Numbered from the stretch's first letter, positions 27,318 through 38,089 are shown. The stretch: 64,000 nt of DNA from Myxococcota bacterium (GCA_036338695.1 JAYZBQ010000048.1:352001-416000), one strand, 5' to 3'. The notes: a model not told the origin generated them from the letters alone. Program-made: numbers and translations.

Positions 27318-29663
27318 CTAGATTAGCTCCGAGGGGTCCACGTCAATTGCGATCCGTACGCCCGCACGACGACCTTCATCGTGAGCGGGTGCGATCTCAT
27401 CAAGCCAGGCTTGCAAGGATCCTGCCGTTTTGCTCGTGACCATCACCTGAAACCGGTAGCGACCGCGTAAGCGCTCGATGGCGGCGGGGATCGGTCCAAA
27501 AACCTCGACCGGGTGATCGAAGCTCGAGGCGATCGAGCGTGCGCAGCGCTCGGCCATCTCGGCGTCTTCATGCTCAAAACGGATCATCACGGCGCGCTGA
27601 AACGGAGGCAGCCCAAGGGCGCGCCGGCGCTCCAGCTCTTCGCCCAAGAACCCGGGCGCATCGTGCGTCATGGCGTACTGTATCGCTGGATGGTTTGGGT
27701 CGAAGGTCTGGAAGAAGACTCGCCCCGGTGACTCCGCCCTACCGGCTCGCCCCGCGACTTGAGTCAGCAGCGCAAAACTCCGCTCGGCGCACCGTGGGTC
27801 GGGGATGCGAAGACCTTGATCAGCGCAGATGACGCCGACTAACGTCACCCCAGGGAGATCGTGCCCTTTCGCAAGCATCTGTGTGCCGACGACCACGTCA
27901 ACGTCCCCGTCGGCGACGGCGCCGAGAATGCGCTCAAGACCTTTGGCGCTGCGCGCCGTGTCGCTGTCGAGTCGGGCGATGCGCGCGTCGGGGAAGCGGG
28001 CGCGACAAGCCTCTTCGAGTTGTTGCGTCCCGACGCCTAGGTCATCGAGCGCAGGAGAGCCGCAGTCCGGACAATTTTTAGGCACGGGTTTGATGATCCC
28101 GCACCAGTGACAGATCGCTTGATTTTGGTGGTGAATGACCATCGGAACCGAGCATTCGTCACAGTGATAACGATGACCACAGTCCAGGCAGAGCAGCGTG
28201 GGCGCCCAGCCTCTGCGGTTGAGCAGCAAGATGGCTTGCTCCTTGCGCGCCAGCGTCTCATCGATCGCTTGGCACAGCTCCGCAGACAACGGGTACTCGG
28301 AGCGCCCGCGTAGGTCGATGAGCTGAACCTCGGGTAAGGAGGCGCCCGTGGCGCGTTCATCGAGTCGATGGAGGTGGGTTTGATGGTCCCCTGTCAAGGC
28401 GCGATGATAGGTCTCGAGGCTGGGTGTGGCGGAGCCGAGCATCACCGGCACATCGGCTTGTTTGGCGCGATAGATGACGAGGTCACGGCCGTGATAGCGG
28501 AACCGATCGGACTGTTTGTAGCTGCCATCATGCTCTTCATCGACCACGACGAGCCCGAGCCGCGGCAGGGAGGCGAAGACGGCTGAGCGGGCGCCGATCA
28601 CGACGCCTGCCTGACCCCGCTTGGCGCGATGCCATGCGCTTCGCCGTGCCCGATCACTGAGCGCCGAGTGCAGCACAGCGATCTGGTCACCAAAGCGCGC
28701 CGCAAAACGGCGCACCATCTGCGGCGTCAGCGCAATCTCAGGGACGAGGACGAGGGCTTGTTGTCCGCGCGCAAGCACGCGCGCGATCGCCTGGAGATAG
28801 ACCTCTGTTTTTCCTGAGCCGGTGATGCCGAAGATGAGATGCTGCTCAAAACCTGAGGCCTCACCGATCGCATCGACGGCGCGTCGTTGTTGTGGGTTGA
28901 GCGTTGGCGCCTCGTCGCGCGGCGTCAGGCTCTGATCAACCCACGCACGCCAGCTGATCTCAATCGCCTCCTTATCGACCAGCGCACGCAGCAGTCGCCG
29001 CATCCCCTGCCGCCTCGTCAGCGCGCTTAGGGGCTGCCAGCCGCCCAGCAGATAGAGTTCTTCGAGCAGCTGCCGCTGCGCCTTAGCTCGCTTGGGAAAG
29101 TCGTCCGGGTGACGCTGAGCGCGTACCCACTCAACCTGCGGCTCAGGTTTCGGCGGCGCGAGCTCGGTCTGCGCCGTCACCGCGCCGCTCTTGATGAGCC
29201 GAGCTAAGGCTTGATCATCGAGTGATGAGGCTGCGACCGAGGCTTCATTGTCGAATTCTGGCTCGAGGTAGAAGAACTCGAGCGGTAAGGGGTGGTCGGG
29301 GTTGCGCACCAGGGTCTTGATGGTGCCGACGTTCAAGCCCGCCGGCAGCGCCGCCTTGAGGACGTCTGCAGGTTCGCTGCGATACCAGCGCATCGCGAAG
29401 CGTAAGGTTTTAACGAGTGAGGCGTCGAGTACAGGCTCTTGATCGAGGACCTCAAGGATGGGGCGAAGCGAGTCTGCGTCGCCGCATGACTGGGTCCGCA
29501 TCACCATACCGGTGGTCCGGCTTGAGCCCAAGGGAACGAGCACGCGCATGCCCGCTGCGACGCCCAGATCAGACGGCGCGCTGTACGAGAGCAGCCGACC
29601 GACTGGGCGGGCGACCGCCACGTCGAGTCGGATTCGCTCTAGAGGGGCGGGCGACTTGGTCAG
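27318..29663 (-). CDS. priA: Primosomal protein N' (replication-restart helicase)
   Basis: GITGSGKTEVY, LVPEIALTPQ, DEEHDGSYKQ, four CxxC, GTQMLAKGHD, QVAGRAGR. Start is CTG 29663 or GTG 29621. Confidence 0.96.
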   Translation of the reverse strand: MTKSPAPLERIRLDVAVARPVGRLLSYSAPSDLGVAAGMRVLVPLGSSRTTGMVMRTQSCGDADSLRPILEVLDQEPVLDASLVKTLRFAMRWYRSEPADVLKAALPAGLNVGTIKTLVRNPDHPLPLEFFYLEPEFDNEASVAASSLDDQALARLIKSGAVTAQTELAPPKPEPQVEWVRAQRHPDDFPKRAKAQRQLLEELYLLGGWQPLSALTRRQGMRRLLRALVDKEAIEISWRAWVDQSLTPRDEAPTLNPQQRRAVDAIGEASGFEQHLIFGITGSGKTEVYLQAIARVLARGQQALVLVPEIALTPQMVRRFAARFGDQIAVLHSALSDRARRSAWHRAKRGQAGVVIGARSAVFASLPRLGLVVVDEEHDGSYKQSDRFRYHGRDLVIYRAKQADVPVMLGSATPSLETYHRALTGDHQTHLHRLDERATGASLPEVQLIDLRGRSEYPLSAELCQAIDETLARKEQAILLLNRRGWAPTLLCLDCGHRYHCDECSVPMVIHHQNQAICHWCGIIKPVPKNCPDCGSPALDDLGVGTQQLEEACRARFPDARIARLDSDTARSAKGLERILGAVADGDVDVVVGTQMLAKGHDLPGVTLVGVICADQGLRIPDPRCAERSFALLTQVAGRAGRAESPGRVFFQTFDPNHPAIQYAMTHDAPGFLGEELERRRALGLPPFQRAVMIRFEHEDAEMAERCARSIASSFDHPVEVFGPIPAAIERLRGRYRFQVMVTSKTAGSLQAWLDEIAPAHDEGRRAGVRIAIDVDPSELI

Positions 29664-30526
29664 ACTGATCGCTCCAGCTCAGTGCGCGCGCGTGCCGCAA
29701 ACTGCGCGCTGCCGTGGTCGAGAGCACAGCGGAGGCTAGCGATCAAAAGGCCCTCTGGATCGCCGGCGTCAAAGCGACCGGCTTGAGGGATTAGACCCAT
29801 CATGCCGTGCCGACCGGCGAGCCCTTGGAGCGCATCGGTCAGCTGGATCTCACCGAGCGCGCCGGCACCTTGGTTTCGCAACAGGTCGAACACCTCGATG
29901 GGCAGCACGTAGCGCCCGGTGATCGCAAAAGAACTGGGTGCGTCGGCGGGGTCGGGTTTCTCTACGAGGCGATCGATCATCATGGACCCGTTCGACCAGT
30001 GACCGCCGACCATCCCATACTTTCGGCTCTGCTCGATCGGCACCTCGAGCAGCCCGATGACCCCCTTCTTAGGAGCTTGATCGCTGAGCTGAATCAGCTC
30101 GCCGAGCGCAGGCGTTGAGCCGAGGTAGAGATCGTCCGGCAGGAGCACCGCCACCCGATCACCGCTGACGCCGACGGCGCCACAAAGGACGGCGTGTCCA
30201 AGCCCGCGCGGGTCTCCTTGACGCACCTCGATGAATTCCGCCGCCTGGGCGCGTCGAACGATCGCCTCGGCTTGCTCGGTTTTTCCGCTGGCCTGCAGGA
30301 TCGCCTCGAGCTGCGCATGGCGATCAAAGTGATCCATCAACCCTGACTTTCCACGCCCACTCACCAGCACGATGCGCTCGATCCCTGAGGCGATCGCTTC
30401 CGCAACGACCCACTCGATACTCGGGCGATCGAACACCGGCAGGAGTTCTTTGGGGACCGAGAAGGACGCTGAGAGCATGCGCGTCCCCCACCCTGCGGCA
30501 GGAATAATCGCTGTGGTAACAGTCAT
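29660..30526 (-). CDS. galU: UTP--glucose-1-phosphate uridylyltransferase
   Basis: Start at ATG 30526. AIIPAAGWGTRML, PKELLP, RQGDPRGLGHAV, VEKP, GEIQLTDAL. Confidence 0.93.
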   Translation of the reverse strand: MTVTTAIIPAAGWGTRMLSASFSVPKELLPVFDRPSIEWVVAEAIASGIERIVLVSGRGKSGLMDHFDRHAQLEAILQASGKTEQAEAIVRRAQAAEFIEVRQGDPRGLGHAVLCGAVGVSGDRVAVLLPDDLYLGSTPALGELIQLSDQAPKKGVIGLLEVPIEQSRKYGMVGGHWSNGSMMIDRLVEKPDPADAPSSFAITGRYVLPIEVFDLLRNQGAGALGEIQLTDALQGLAGRHGMMGLIPQAGRFDAGDPEGLLIASLRCALDHGSAQFAARARTELERSV

Positions 30527-30576
30527 GGACTTGACGCCTTTGAGTTCGCTGGTGATGGCTAAGGAGGAGACACTAC

Positions 30577-31338
30577 GTGCCCCTTTATGGATTCTTGATC
30601 GCTGCGGCAACGGCTTCCGGGTTTCCCTTTGCGGGCGGCGGGAGTTTGATGGGGGCGCAATACCCTGCCGCACACGCACACCCCGGCGCCGTCGTCTGGG
30701 CGCCTCGCTACGTGCTCGTCTCCAGTTTTAATCGCCGCTGGCCTAGCCCCGAGATTCACATCGAGACCACAGCGCTCGATCCTGGGCGGGGGGCGCTGGC
30801 TGCGAGCGTTGGCGCCCGTTATCACTATGAAGGCACCGAGCAGCACTTGGTCGGCGGTGCGCTCGACCTAGGTCTTCGCCTCGGCGGTGGTCTCAGCCTG
30901 GGCGTCGCTGGAGCCTATGAGCCAGACGTCGACTGGACCGATACCCTCCGGGTGGGTCTGAGCTACGGGACGTGGCTGCGTCGTACGCAGGCTGGGCTCG
31001 AGCCGGCGGTCATCGCTTCGGTCGATTGGGACCCGGCTCAAGGGGGCAATGGGCGCTGGCGAACCGGTCTGCTGGTGACGCCGATCGATGGCCTGAAAGC
31101 AGCATGGGATCACCGCTTCGACGGCAGTAATTTGTATGCGCTCGCCTACCGGATCGGGCGCGTTGAGCTGCAAACCAGCGGCGGTTTTCTCGGCGATTAT
31201 TCCCTTGATCATTATGGCGTCGGTGTTCGTTTTTATGATCGGGAGGGCTGGCTTGGCGCCAGCTGGTCGACGCAGAATTTGGTGCGGCACATCGCCCTTG
31301 AAGTGACGATTCCCATCGGTGCAAATCTTTCCCGCTAG
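30577..31338 (+). CDS. Hypothetical exported beta-strand-rich protein (possible outer-membrane barrel)
   Basis: SD AAGGAGGAG before GTG; signal-like N-terminus; alternating aromatic/Gly strands. Confidence 0.55.
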   Translation: MPLYGFLIAAATASGFPFAGGGSLMGAQYPAAHAHPGAVVWAPRYVLVSSFNRRWPSPEIHIETTALDPGRGALAASVGARYHYEGTEQHLVGGALDLGLRLGGGLSLGVAGAYEPDVDWTDTLRVGLSYGTWLRRTQAGLEPAVIASVDWDPAQGGNGRWRTGLLVTPIDGLKAAWDHRFDGSNLYALAYRIGRVELQTSGGFLGDYSLDHYGVGVRFYDREGWLGASWSTQNLVRHIALEVTIPIGANLSR

Positions 31339-32521
31339 GCTTGAAAAGATCCGTCGTCCGGACGAGTCGATCGTGCATCTTGTGTTCCGTGGGGCGCAAG
31401 CTAAGCGGCACCTCACGTTTGTCCTTGCGCCCCCGATGACCGGTGTTTTTATGACGGCCGATGCGCCGCTATCGGGCGCAACGCCCCACCCCTCACAAGC
31501 CATGCTTCGGCGCGTAGACGCCTCGCAGTGTTTGGGCGTGCGGCGCGCGCCTGGTCTGTGGGAGCTGGTCTTTGCGAGCGGTCAGGTCCTCAACATCAGC
31601 TTTCGCCGCAAGGCGCGCGGCGTCTGGTGGGCTGACGCGCCACGGCTCGCCGGTGAGCTTGAGCTCAGCGCAGGGTCCATGGAGCCGGTCACCTGGCGCC
31701 AACTCGAGGCGCAGCGGCTCGCTGCGTGGGCCAGCCAGTGGCGTCACAAGGAGCGGCTTCGGATCGAGCGTCAGCGCGCAAAATTGCTCGCCGCTCAAAG
31801 GGGTGAGAGCCCGGATCGCTTAAGGGATCTCGGGGCGCGTGCGAACGCCTTGCGGCATGCGGTTCGGCGTGACGAGAAGCGTTGGTTGATCCCGAGCTAC
31901 GACGGCAGCTCATCGGATGCGATCGAGGACGCCCAGGCGAGCGGTGTCTCCGAGCTTGTCGATCGTCTGTTTCATCGCGCACAGCGCGCTGAGCGCAGGC
32001 TACGCGAGACGACACGCCGCCTCGAGCTCCTAACGAGCGCCCTCGAAGGCCTTGATCAGGCCGAGCCGCCTCATCTGAATGCGCCGCGTAAAGCGCAGAC
32101 GACCCTGAAGACACCGAGCGGTGTGAAACGGTTCGATTTGCTCGATGGTCATACGCTCTGGGTGGGTCGTAACGCCCAAGCCAATCATCGGGTCACCTTC
32201 AAGCTCGCTCGAGGTCGAGACCTGTGGTTCCATCTGCGAGATGGGCCAGGGAGCCATGTTATCTTGACGCTCGAGCGCGGCGAAGCGCCCCACGATGACC
32301 TCGTCCTAGCAGGCGCAGCGCTTGCGCTTCATTACTCGAGCCTGCGCGGCGAGCGCGCCGAGGTACGTGTGGCGTATCGCCGGGACCTGGACCCGCTAGC
32401 AGGTCATCAGGGTAAGGTGCTCGTACGGCGCGAGCGCTCCGTGCTGATCGACCCGAGCGATGCAGCGACTCGAGAGGTGCTCAGCCGTCTTGGGCTTGAG
32501 CTGACCTCGATGCGTCAATAG
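31319..32521 (+). CDS. NFACT-family (RqcH/FbpA-like) RNA-binding protein
   Basis: LWVGRNAQANHRVTF...DLWFHLRDGPGSHVIL (NFACT-R), preceded by a coiled coil. Confidence 0.85.
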   Translation: MQIFPARLEKIRRPDESIVHLVFRGAQAKRHLTFVLAPPMTGVFMTADAPLSGATPHPSQAMLRRVDASQCLGVRRAPGLWELVFASGQVLNISFRRKARGVWWADAPRLAGELELSAGSMEPVTWRQLEAQRLAAWASQWRHKERLRIERQRAKLLAAQRGESPDRLRDLGARANALRHAVRRDEKRWLIPSYDGSSSDAIEDAQASGVSELVDRLFHRAQRAERRLRETTRRLELLTSALEGLDQAEPPHLNAPRKAQTTLKTPSGVKRFDLLDGHTLWVGRNAQANHRVTFKLARGRDLWFHLRDGPGSHVILTLERGEAPHDDLVLAGAALALHYSSLRGERAEVRVAYRRDLDPLAGHQGKVLVRRERSVLIDPSDAATREVLSRLGLELTSMRQ

Positions 32522-32898
32522 TCGCTGGCGGTGAGCGTCTCGGAGGCGCTGTGCTGGATGGCTGGTTCGCTCGGCGATGTGTTTAACATGTGCACGACGC
32601 CATCGAGGATGACGCCTTTGGCGACCTGGAGCGATCCTGCATAGAGTTCGCCAACGAGTCGACCCGCTTGCAGCTCGGCGCTCTCGCGCACATGCACTTG
32701 ACCTTCTAAGTTGCCGTTGAGCACCAGCGTCCCCACCTGGACGTTACCGTAGACGACGGCGCCTTCTCCGATGATCAGCCGGTCGTTGCTGACGATCTCG
32801 CCGCGGAATCGACCATCGATCCGGACGTCGCCTTCAAATTCGAGTTTGCCCTCAAAGCTTGCGTCGGGACCGAGGAGGGTGTGCGTGATTTGTGTCAT
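32515..32898 (-). CDS. Bactofilin (BacM-like position behind parAB)
   Basis: TLLGPDASFEGKLEFEGDVRIDGRFRGEI beta-helix repeats. Confidence 0.92.
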   Translation of the reverse strand: MTQITHTLLGPDASFEGKLEFEGDVRIDGRFRGEIVSNDRLIIGEGAVVYGNVQVGTLVLNGNLEGQVHVRESAELQAGRLVGELYAGSLQVAKGVILDGVVHMLNTSPSEPAIQHSASETLTASDY

Positions 32899-32925
32899 GA
32901 AGGAGTCCTTTAATTGGGTTGGCTC

Positions 32926-33810
32926 TTAGTTGCCGCGCACCATGCGCGTGAGCCGAGAAAGAAAGAGGCGCGCCTCGTCGCGATTTTTTGCGCGAAGCGT
33001 GATGGTTCGACCGCTCAGATTGACGTCTAAGCCGATTGCTGATGACAACGCTGAGAAGGTCTCGTCAGATTCATTGGTTTTCGTCTTCGTCGAATCTGAG
33101 CGCTTTTTGGGCGCTGCGCTCTGATTTTTCACGAAGTGTTCGGTGGCGCGGACGCTCCATCCTTCTTTGACGCACCGCGTCAAGGCTTGCGCTTGCGACT
33201 GAGGGTCGTTGATGCCGAGCAGTGCGCGCGCGTGACCTTTATCAATAAGACCTTTTGCGAGGGCTTCGCGCGTCGCGTCGCCGAGGGTGAGTAGGCGCAA
33301 CGAGTTGGCGATGGTGGCGCGTCGCTTTCCGACGAGCTGAGCGATGCGGTCCTGAGTGAGCTGATGATCATCGCGCAGCCGCTGATAAGCTTGCGCCTCT
33401 TCGAGTGCGCTTAGATCTTCGCGCTGGAGGTTCTCGACTAAGGCGAGGATGAGGTTGCTCTGGTCGTGTGCGCGCCGGATCAACGCAGGGATACGCTCCC
33501 ACCCGAGCTGGCGAGCCGCTCGGTACCGCCGCTCGCCAGCGATAATCTGATAGGTCGAGGGTGCAGTCTGGTGAACGACGATCGGCTCGAGCAGACCGTG
33601 GGTCTCAAGCGAGGCGGCGAGCTGCGTGATGTCTTGATCTACGAAGATTCGCCGTGGCTGCTCAGGGTCTGGTTCGATCGAGCTCAGCGCCAGCTCAGCG
33701 AAGGTGCCGGATGATGAGGTGAGCGGTCGAGCCGAGTCAGACTCAGGCGCTGCGTTGGGTCGATCGCCCATCAGGGCGCTGAAGCCCTTGCCCAATCGAG
33801 ATGAGCTCAT
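32926..33810 (-). CDS. parB: Chromosome partitioning protein ParB
   Basis: Start at ATG 33810 (SD AAAGGA). LGKGFSAL, QPRR, GERRYRA, ENLQREDL and HTH. Confidence 0.97.
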   Translation of the reverse strand: MSSSRLGKGFSALMGDRPNAAPESDSARPLTSSSGTFAELALSSIEPDPEQPRRIFVDQDITQLAASLETHGLLEPIVVHQTAPSTYQIIAGERRYRAARQLGWERIPALIRRAHDQSNLILALVENLQREDLSALEEAQAYQRLRDDHQLTQDRIAQLVGKRRATIANSLRLLTLGDATREALAKGLIDKGHARALLGINDPQSQAQALTRCVKEGWSVRATEHFVKNQSAAPKKRSDSTKTKTNESDETFSALSSAIGLDVNLSGRTITLRAKNRDEARLFLSRLTRMVRGN

Positions 33811-34567
33811 GGGAATTCCTTTCAATGAGTTCAGCGGCGAGCTGGAGGTAAGCCTGCGCACCTGCGCTCTTGATCGCGTAGAGCAGCGCGGGTTTACCGT
33901 AGCTCGGCGCCTCGGCCAATCGGATGTTGCGCGGGATCTCGGTCGTAAAGACCTTATCGCCGAAGTAATTGCGAATATCCGAGCAGACTTGCTCAGCCAG
34001 ACGCGTGCGTCGATCGACCATGGTCAGGAGGATGCCAGCGAGTTCACACGGCGCATGAAAGCCGCTGCGAACCTGGTCCATGGTCTCAAGCAGGTGGCTC
34101 AGACCCTCCATCGCGTAGAACTCGGCCTGCAGCGGGACGATGATCTGATCACAAGCGATGAGCGCATTGAGCGTGAGCAAGCCGAGGCTGGGCGGTGAGT
34201 CGATGATGATCTCATCGTAGTGACACCGCAGCGGCTCGAGGAGAAGCCGGAGGCGGTCGTGTCGGCTGGGCGTGTGGACGAGTTCAACCCCTGCGCCGAT
34301 GAGGTCTTGGCCAGCCGGAAGGACGTGAAGGTGGGGCATCTGCGTGGTCAGGATGACATCCTCGACCGCCAGCTCCCCCATCAACGCATGATAAATCTGT
34401 GGGTCGCCGATCCGCTGCGCCAGACCGAAGGCGGAGCTTGCGTTTCCCTGCGGGTCGAAATCGACCAACAGAACCTTCCGCTCCGCAGCTGCCAGCGAGG
34501 CAGCGAGGTTGACTGCGGTGGTCGTCTTGCCGACGCCCCCTTTTTGGTTTGCGACCGTTAGAATCAT
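33743..34567 (-). CDS. parA: Chromosome partitioning ATPase ParA/Soj
   Basis: ANQKGGVGKTTT, DFDPQGNAS, IDSPPSLG, EIPRNIRLAEAPSYG. Confidence 0.97.
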   Translation of the reverse strand: MILTVANQKGGVGKTTTAVNLAASLAAAERKVLLVDFDPQGNASSAFGLAQRIGDPQIYHALMGELAVEDVILTTQMPHLHVLPAGQDLIGAGVELVHTPSRHDRLRLLLEPLRCHYDEIIIDSPPSLGLLTLNALIACDQIIVPLQAEFYAMEGLSHLLETMDQVRSGFHAPCELAGILLTMVDRRTRLAEQVCSDIRNYFGDKVFTTEIPRNIRLAEAPSYGKPALLYAIKSAGAQAYLQLAAELIERNSHELISIGQGLQRPDGRSTQRSA

Positions 34568-35163
34568 GACACCCGCTCCGGAAACAGCAGTTCGGTCTGC
34601 TCTCCAGCAAGAATAAGACCAGCGTCCACGGCTCCCCGCACGATTCGATAGCGCGCGCGCCCCTGCGAGGTGACCGACTCGCCGGTCATTTGCAGGCTAC
34701 GGGGTGCGAGCGCGCCGACCGCATCGCAGAATTCGGCTGGCGGGAACACGGCGCGGCTGATGACGAAGTCAAAATGGTCCCAGTCGGGTTGCCAGCGGGC
34801 TTGGTTCACCGTGAGCGGGCAGACGAGCTTCTGCTGCGCAAAGCGGATCCAGGTGCACCTCTTTTGGCGTGGCTCAACCGCTTCGATTTTGAGATCAGGA
34901 CGAATGACCGCCAGCGGCAGGGCGGGAATCCCTGCGCCGCTGCCGAGGTCTGCCACGTTGGCTCCGAGGGGAAGGAACCGCTCAAACGCAGTGGCCTCCC
35001 AGAGGAGATCGAGCAGCTGGTCTTCGCTTAGCTTTCGGCTCACGAGGTTGTGGGCTTTGTTCCACTGAGTCAGCAGCGCAGCGAGCGGCGCAAGCTGGGC
35101 GCGATGCTTCGGATCGAGTTGGAGCGGAGTCGGCGACGTCATGGGGCGCTCATGCACAGACAT
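34564..35163 (-). CDS. rsmG: 16S rRNA m7G527 methyltransferase
   Basis: WNKAHNLVS, DLGSGAGIPALPLA, VISRAV; upstream of parA. Confidence 0.9.
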   Translation of the reverse strand: MSVHERPMTSPTPLQLDPKHRAQLAPLAALLTQWNKAHNLVSRKLSEDQLLDLLWEATAFERFLPLGANVADLGSGAGIPALPLAVIRPDLKIEAVEPRQKRCTWIRFAQQKLVCPLTVNQARWQPDWDHFDFVISRAVFPPAEFCDAVGALAPRSLQMTGESVTSQGRARYRIVRGAVDAGLILAGEQTELLFPERVS

Positions 35164-35205
35164 CGGTTTGAGGACAAGCCTCTTTGCGAGGGGTGGGCGT
35201 GCGTA

Positions 35206-35221
35206 TGTTCCACGTGGAACA
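35206..35221. promoter_or_regulatory. parS centromere-like site
   Basis: Perfect 16-bp palindrome TGTTCCACGTGGAACA immediately upstream of rsmG-parA-parB. Confidence 0.95.
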
Positions 35222-35282
35222 GTTGATGAGCTGTTGAAAACTTGCTCGAGCCCGGCCCGGCCGGCCGATCGCTCTGTGGAAA

Positions 35283-35720
35283 CTAAGGCTTGTCGATAAA
35301 GAGGGTCATAGGCCCGTCGTTGCAGAGCGTGACCTTCATATCGGCGCCAAACTCGCCGCTAAAGGTTGGGACGCCGAGGGCCGCACAAGCGGCGGTGAGC
35401 GCTTCGATCTGCTGCGCCGCAAGGGGTGGGTTGCTGGCGCGTTTAAAGCTAGGTCGCAGGCCCTTTTTCATGTCGGCGCTGAGCGTGAATTGCGAGACGA
35501 GCAGGAGGCTACCGCCTGTCTCAAGGAGGCTTTGGTTCATCTTCCCGGTCGCGTCAGAGAACACGCGTAGTCCGCAAAGGCGCTTTGCCCAGGCGGTGAT
35601 ATCGGGCGCCTCGTCGTCCATCGCACAGACGAAGACGACCAGACCCTCTGAGATGGCGTTGACGAGGCGACCATCGACCTCAACACGCCCTTGGCTCACC
35701 CGCTGGACGACCGCCCTCAT
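35283..35720 (-). CDS. dtd: D-aminoacyl-tRNA deacylase
   Basis: [33 protein letters not shown]. Confidence 0.97.
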   Translation of the reverse strand: MRAVVQRVSQGRVEVDGRLVNAISEGLVVFVCAMDDEAPDITAWAKRLCGLRVFSDATGKMNQSLLETGGSLLLVSQFTLSADMKKGLRPSFKRASNPPLAAQQIEALTAACAALGVPTFSGEFGADMKVTLCNDGPMTLFIDKP

Positions 35721-38089
35721 TGATTGATCTGAGCGCTCTCTTTGGGCTTGGCCGCGTCGAGGATCGTGGGCAGCGCGTCGTCATCGAAGGCGTGAGCGAT
35801 GACCTCTGTCATGTGCTCAACAGGGTGGATCGTGAGCTCATCAAGAACCGCCTCAGGGATGTCCTTGAGGTCCTTTCTGTTCTGCTCCGGGATCAAGACC
35901 GTCTTGATGCCTGCCCGATGCGCTGCGAGCAGTTTTTCCTTGATGCCGCCGACCGGTAGGACGCGTCCGCGCAGCGAGATCTCACCGGTCATCGCGAGCC
36001 CAGCGTGCACCGGCACACCCCGTAAGAGCGAGACGATCGCGGTGAGCAGCGTGACACCCGCCGACGGGCCATCCTTCGGCGTAGCGCCCGCAGGAAAGTG
36101 GATGTGAAGGTCCGTGGCGTGAAGTAGGGGCTTCTCGGCCGTTTGATGAAGCCCGAGCGACACAGCGTGCGCGCGCACGTACGCCACCGCCGTCTCAGCG
36201 CTCTCCTTCATCACATCGCCCAAGCTGCCCGTTAGCTGGACCTTGCCTTTACCAGGCATCGCGGTGGACTCGATGTACAGGATCTCACCGCCGACAGCGG
36301 TCCAGGCCAAGCCGATAGCGACCCCGGGCATGCTGTTTTGACCGCTGACCTCTGGAAGGAACTTTCTCGTACCCAGTAGATCGGTGAGGTCGCTGTCGTT
36401 AACCTCTAGCTTGTTGTTTTTCTTTACTTTTGAAACCGCTGATTTACGGCAGAGCGTCCCGATCTCGCGCTCGAGTTGGCGAACGCCCGCCTCTCGCGTG
36501 TAGCGCTCGATGACGCCGAGCAGAGCCTCTTCGCTGATGATGAGGTCGTCGTCTTCTAAGCCGTGCTCTTTGATCTGCCTTGGCAGCAGGTGCTGGCGAG
36601 CGATCGCCTGCTTCTCAAGAGCGGTGTACGAGCTCACCTCGATGATCTCGAGCCGGTCTTTAAGCGCCGGTGGGATCGAGCTCAGCGTGTTCGCTGTCCC
36701 CACGAACATCACAGCGCTTAGGTCCACCGGGACGTCTAGGTAATGATCCACGAAGGCATCGTTTTGCTCTGGATCGAGCACCTCGAGGAGCGCGGCGCAG
36801 GGGTCGCCTCGATAGTCGGAGCTGAGCTTATCAAGCTCATCAAGGACGATGACCGGGTTCATGCTGCCCGCTTGCCTGAGCGCTTTGATCAGGCGGCCCG
36901 GGAGCGCGCCGACGTAGGTCCTCCTGTGCCCGCGGATTTCGGCCTCGTCGCGCACGCCGCCGAGGCTGATGCGCACCATCTCTCGCCCCATCGCCTCGGC
37001 CATAGCTCGTGCGAGCGAGCTCTTACCCACGCCCGGGGGGCCGACCATGCACAAGATCGGACCGCGCAGGTTTTGCTTGAGCTTGTGGACGGCGAGGAAC
37101 TCGATCAAGCGGTCCTTGGGGCGGTCCATACCGTGGTGATCTCGGTCGAGCAGCGTCTTGGCGTCGTCGAGGTCGATCCGGTCTTCGGTGGTCTCGTTCC
37201 AGGGGATTGAATCCATCCACTCAAGGTAGGACCTCACCACGCTGTATTCAGCGCTTTGGCTCGGGATGGCGCGCAGGCGGTTTAGCTCGCGGGCAACCGC
37301 CTCGGCCGCCGCTTCGGGGAAGACGCCGTCGTGCAGCTTGACCTCGATCTGGTCCGCGAAGCTCTCGTCTGGGTCGTCGTCGCCGAGCTCTTCACGGATG
37401 GCGCGCATTTTGTGCCTGAGGTACTGTTCGCGCTGATGACGGCTGCGCTCTTCGTCGAGGTTTTGCTGGATGCGTGAGCTGACCTTGAGCTCTTCACATT
37501 GCTCGCTGAGCAGCTTGAGCACCAACTCAAGACGCTGCGCCACGTCTGCGGTCGCTAAGACCTCCTGCCGGGGCTCGAGCCCAATCTCTAAGTGTGCGGC
37601 GATGACGTCCGCAAGGCGGCTCGGGCTACGGATGCCCTCGAGCACCGTGCGGGCGCGCTCAGGCAGGTCGGGGCGAAGGGCAACGTATTCCAGGCTCTGC
37701 TCGCGCACGGTCGCAACCAGCGCTTCAAGCCGATCAGGGTCTTCTTCAGGCGAGGGCATGTCTTCCACCTCGGCGCGTAAAAACGCTCCGCTCTCATCCA
37801 GAGACTGAAGCCGAAAGCGCGCCAGCCCTTTGACCATCACCTGGAAGCGGTCGGTGTTGGTCTGCATCACGGAGATAATGGAGGCGTAGGTGCCCACCTC
37901 GAAGAGGTCCTCGCGGGTGGGGGATTCGACGGTCGCGTCGCGCTGGGACAGCACCCCGAGCTCCACCGTGCCCTCTTGGACCGCGTTGATCAGCGCAACG
38001 GACGCCGGGCGCCCCACCGTCAATTGCAGCACGGCGCCTGGGAAAAAGACGTCGTTACGCAGGGGCAAGAGCCCGAGTTCCTTGATCAC
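35717..38089 (-). CDS. lon: Lon protease (paralogue 1)
   Basis: LON N-domain [45 protein letters not shown]. Confidence 0.97.
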   Translation of the reverse strand: MIKELGLLPLRNDVFFPGAVLQLTVGRPASVALINAVQEGTVELGVLSQRDATVESPTREDLFEVGTYASIISVMQTNTDRFQVMVKGLARFRLQSLDESGAFLRAEVEDMPSPEEDPDRLEALVATVREQSLEYVALRPDLPERARTVLEGIRSPSRLADVIAAHLEIGLEPRQEVLATADVAQRLELVLKLLSEQCEELKVSSRIQQNLDEERSRHQREQYLRHKMRAIREELGDDDPDESFADQIEVKLHDGVFPEAAAEAVARELNRLRAIPSQSAEYSVVRSYLEWMDSIPWNETTEDRIDLDDAKTLLDRDHHGMDRPKDRLIEFLAVHKLKQNLRGPILCMVGPPGVGKSSLARAMAEAMGREMVRISLGGVRDEAEIRGHRRTYVGALPGRLIKALRQAGSMNPVIVLDELDKLSSDYRGDPCAALLEVLDPEQNDAFVDHYLDVPVDLSAVMFVGTANTLSSIPPALKDRLEIIEVSSYTALEKQAIARQHLLPRQIKEHGLEDDDLIISEEALLGVIERYTREAGVRQLEREIGTLCRKSAVSKVKKNNKLEVNDSDLTDLLGTRKFLPEVSGQNSMPGVAIGLAWTAVGGEILYIESTAMPGKGKVQLTGSLGDVMKESAETAVAYVRAHAVSLGLHQTAEKPLLHATDLHIHFPAGATPKDGPSAGVTLLTAIVSLLRGVPVHAGLAMTGEISLRGRVLPVGGIKEKLLAAHRAGIKTVLIPEQNRKDLKDIPEAVLDELTIHPVEHMTEVIAHAFDDDALPTILDAAKPKESAQINQ

